A DNA stretch of 64,000 nt from Auanema rhodensis (taxonomy: Eukaryota > Animalia > Nematoda), in the NCBI GenBank assembly GCA_964057225.1, contig OZ059894.1, forward strand, positions 8,432,001 through 8,496,000, read 5' to 3'. The position numbers and the translations under genes were made by a program. Below the pieces are notes generated by a model that had not been told where the DNA came from, made no database searches, and was given only the letters and a program-made list of their open reading frames with translations. Positions 54,001 to 64,000 of the stretch are shown one piece after another (position 1 is the stretch's first letter; every line of letters begins with the position of its first letter).

Positions 54001-55633
54001 AGGTTTTGAAAACTAGTACGTTTTGCGAGAAAAGCTTTGTATAGATGTACCTAGGCCATTTGCTAGAACATTATCCTTGAGGTTAATGGGCTACATTGCC
54101 GTATGTGTAGTCAATGAAATCTTCTTAGATCATCTTGTCAATTTTCGCTCTTTCTCTACCTTTCTAAATTAGCCGAAAATTCAAAAACACAAGAATTCAG
54201 TAGTATTTTCTGAAGTTTAAAGAGGGAACTAGCAAATAATAGAAAGACCACTCATTTTCTAGCGATTGATGGGCTTGATGTGATGTCCTTTATGCCTGAA
54301 AATCTGTGCAGCCTTCGCACTAAATAGCTAACAGACAAGTCATAGCATCCATATTTGAGTGTTTTATCGAATCTCATTTTCTTGCTTATCTCTTTTCTAA
54401 CTGTCCTTGTGATGAATCAAGTTGACATGATTGTAATTGGCCATTTTTCAGGAGGCAAATGCGTCATGAACTCCAACAACTCCACTTCAAAGTGCAATTG
54501 CCCTTCGGGCTTCAAGGGAGAACGTTGTGAGTATGATACTAAGGTTTTATCATCTAAGCAGGATCCATGCGAGAGAAACCCTTGCAAGTATGTTTTTATT
54601 TTACTATTTGCAACGTTTGTTCACATTTAACATTTCTCTTCATACAGTATTCTTCAGTTTCAATGAAAAATATTAAAACATTTTTTTCCAGGAATGGCGC
54701 CACGTGTATACGACAAGGTTCCGTGCCCGTATGTCTCTGCTCTTCATTCTGCTTTTCTGGACCTTTGTGTTCTATTGTTAAGGAAGAATGCTTGGCTAAG
54801 GGTTTATTCAATGTTTCTCCACGCTCATATGATGGAGATAGAACTGAAAAAAATACACCCATGCTTTGGGTTGGTAAGTTAGACCATATGAGGACCAACG
54901 AATATTACATCATCTCTTTAGGCATGATCCTCTTTGGATTCTCAATTGTGCTCCTTCTCATCAGTTTCTACGTTCTTTACCGTAAAATCAAGGAAATTGC
55001 ACGCAATTCCACCACTGCTGCCAATGCTGGCAGTTCTTCAGATGAAACATCATCAACATCTGCTATTTACAAGGTAAATCTTTAACCGTATTGTTTTCAC
55101 CGCCCGCTTTTGACTGAAATTCATCTCCACACCCTTCTCAAATTCATCAAATTCACTTAATGTGGAAAAAATTGTTTTGTGTAAAATTCAAAGCGGCCGC
55201 CGTGTGACGGCAACAGACCCTGCGGGTGGTCTTATTATCTTACCGATCTTACGGTTTTGTGATTGCCCTCCACCTAGTTTCGTCAGTTCTTCATTCTTTC
55301 CTCCGATTTACGTGTTGTCAAAATTGTGGCGTGTAATGACAGATGTAGATGTCTTCAAAACTGATTCCCGCTAATTTCCAGATCGATCTTTCCCAATCAG
55401 CATACAAAGAAGCTCCACCACCATATTATCAAGCTCACCACTACGTTGCTCCAGTTGCTGCACCTATCTCTAAATCAGCCTTATACGGTGAAGCCAAGTA
55501 CGTGGAAATGGAGCAAAGCAATTCAGCTTGCTCATCCGAAGTTACTATTGACCAGATGTTGAATTCTGCTACAACATCTACTTCTACAATATCACTAAAT
55601 TCGTCCGTGGACGACAGAATACAAAAGCCGTAG
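51061..55633 (+). CDS. Delta-type transmembrane Notch ligand (MNNL-DSL-DOS/EGFx5-TM-ICD)
   Basis: Signal peptide; MNNL-like RVCLKEWQ...C.LG...IPFTGIWP; DSL domain [43 protein letters not shown]; five EGF repeats; [28 protein letters not shown]; intracellular PPPYY. Confidence 0.95.
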
Positions 55634-57674
55634 GCTGTTTGTCTTGCTGCCATCAAGCAACCTGTTGGAAAGGCAAAATCCTTTCATCAGGAACTTGTGT
55701 GGCAAAAAAGCTAATTTATATATATATTTATATCTTTATATCACTCTGATCTCATGCATGTGCTTCACTTTTAGTTTATTATTTATACTAGTATCAAGAC
55801 AAAATAATAATTCTCTGAAGAATGAAAATAAGAAGAAAGCTTCTTTTCTTTTCACTCTTCGTCTCTTGATTCATCAGATTGTACCATTCGGTCTCGCTCA
55901 TTGCTTTATATGGGAAACCATACTGTTTATGCATTTGTAGATTTTGTTTTAAAGTTATGTCATATTGCAATACGATCCAATGATTTCCAATTGGATTCAT
56001 CTAGTAGTTTGTTTTATTTGTTTCAATTTCATTACGCTTGCTTGTCTTTGATCTATATACATATAGTATCTATAATCATCTCGGTTCTTTGTGCACGTGT
56101 AGATTTTTTACTGTGTGTGAGTTCGTGTATGCTAATAAGCATATATGCTATATATAATCTTTTAATTAAAGCTCAAATTGAAGAATATAATTCAGTTTAA
56201 GTCTTTTTCTTACTATATCTCAGATTCTTATTTGGCATTTTCACTTTATCTGTTTAACATCGATGATAATAGATGAATGACTGGGGAGAGGGGAAGAGTT
56301 TTCTTTAATTTTTCGTTTTAAGATCAATATTTCGAATTTTTAACAGAAGTTGTTTAAGCGTTGTCTCTTTTTCATGTCTCTTCCCTATTTAATCTACTTT
56401 TTCTCTCTCAGTGTCTCATAATGTTGAATGTCTTATGCATGCTTCGGTTAATTCTACAACTTACTTTCCATAATTGTAACTTTAAACATTATTTTCGTAC
56501 ATGTTACTCCACACATACACACACATACACATGTTTCATCTTAATAATAATAATAATTGTGATTCGAATCGACTTTTCTTCAATGATTGTGCCTTTACAA
56601 GTTTCTATTATCAAGCTGCATGAAAATGATATCCTATGTACGTCTATTAGGATACCGTAGTTAGTCTTTATATAATGTACATATCATTCATATTCTATCT
56701 ATACGCGTTTAAACTTCATGCAGTTCTTTGCATTCACAATAAATAAATTATAAAAAGCTAATTTGTCTTACTTTCAACTCACAAACATCGTAATAATCTC
56801 AACTTGAGAAAAGTACTGACGCAAATCAGTCGAGAACTGGAATGACCTTTTGAGATGCAGGTGTAACATCGGCATGAGCTCTGATGTCATTCAGGTGTAT
56901 TTGCTTATGTAAATTGGATTAGCTTCTGAAAGGTTGTGTACAAAAGCCAAACTTCCTAACCATCGTAATTTTATGGCCAGATACTGTAACATCTACGCCG
57001 ACAAGAATATTTTCAGAATTACATGAAACTTATGCAATTACATTCATAATAAATAAATATAAATTGAAGAAATTTGATAAAAGTGAGATCGAAAGAAGAA
57101 ACATCAATATTACACATCAAGTGGGAAGAATTGTCAAGGAATCTAACAGTCGATGCAAGACATATACATTCAATGACTTCTGAAATATTCGTTTGAATAT
57201 CAGGCTCTTCCTCAGTTTAAATTGTAGTTTGTTGTTAGAAAAAATTATAAAATGTCACGTATAACTACAATAATTTTTGGTTTTGACAGCCTTTGGCATG
57301 TTTCTTTTCTGTTCTACCATTCATCGATTTTTCTAGTTCAGTTTAGCTGGTTTATTAATATTTTTTTTATAATAAAGCACTTTATTGCACACCTTAATAT
57401 AATACATTTGACTAGAATGTACTCAGCAAAATATGTTGAAAAACCATTTTGTTGATTGATAAGCAAGACAAAAAGAAAAATATGAGTTTTCCAAACCTTT
57501 TTTTTTGGTGATTGCATAAAGCGGTTATATAATAAAATTATCGAATTATAACAGATATTAAAAGAAAGAAAAAACAGAAAAAACATGTTGACCAAGAAGT
57601 TGAAAGCAGTGAGATTAGGCTGATCATTTGATGCATTTTGAGCAATAGATGCTCATAGTGGAAAAAAGTGAGGT

Positions 57675-64000
<6,326 letters not shown>

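Overview
This is an AT-rich eukaryotic window from a nematode (rhabditid-like), with very short introns (mostly 40-55 nt). Most ORF-track entries are exon fragments or noise, so I assembled spliced gene models by hand. In order they are: a secreted ShKT/poly-Asn protein (partial), two small unknown secreted proteins, eRF3, LYRM5/ETFRF1, the ciliary kinase cdkl-1 with alternative 5' exons and an X-box, a Lys-rich secreted protein, an SLC17-like MFS transporter, a hemopexin-only secreted protein, flp-34 with two signal-peptide exons, a cuticle collagen, two micro-genes, a 7TM chemoreceptor, a Delta-type Notch ligand, and the 3' part of myosin heavy chain myo-3. The most unexplained signal is a dispersed bipartite non-coding element: an ACGT/CACGTG box, a 28-50 nt AT-rich spacer, then TGAYGAnCGGTTGCATT. 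It recurs about 9 times on both strands in introns and intergenic DNA, and its core resembles the piRNA Ruby motif. Also notable are a Notch ligand with DSL and DOS in cis plus a furin-like loop, two GC-AG introns and frequent AAG acceptors. I recognised no tRNA, rRNA, CRISPR array or transposase. All gene models are manual and were not checked against databases.
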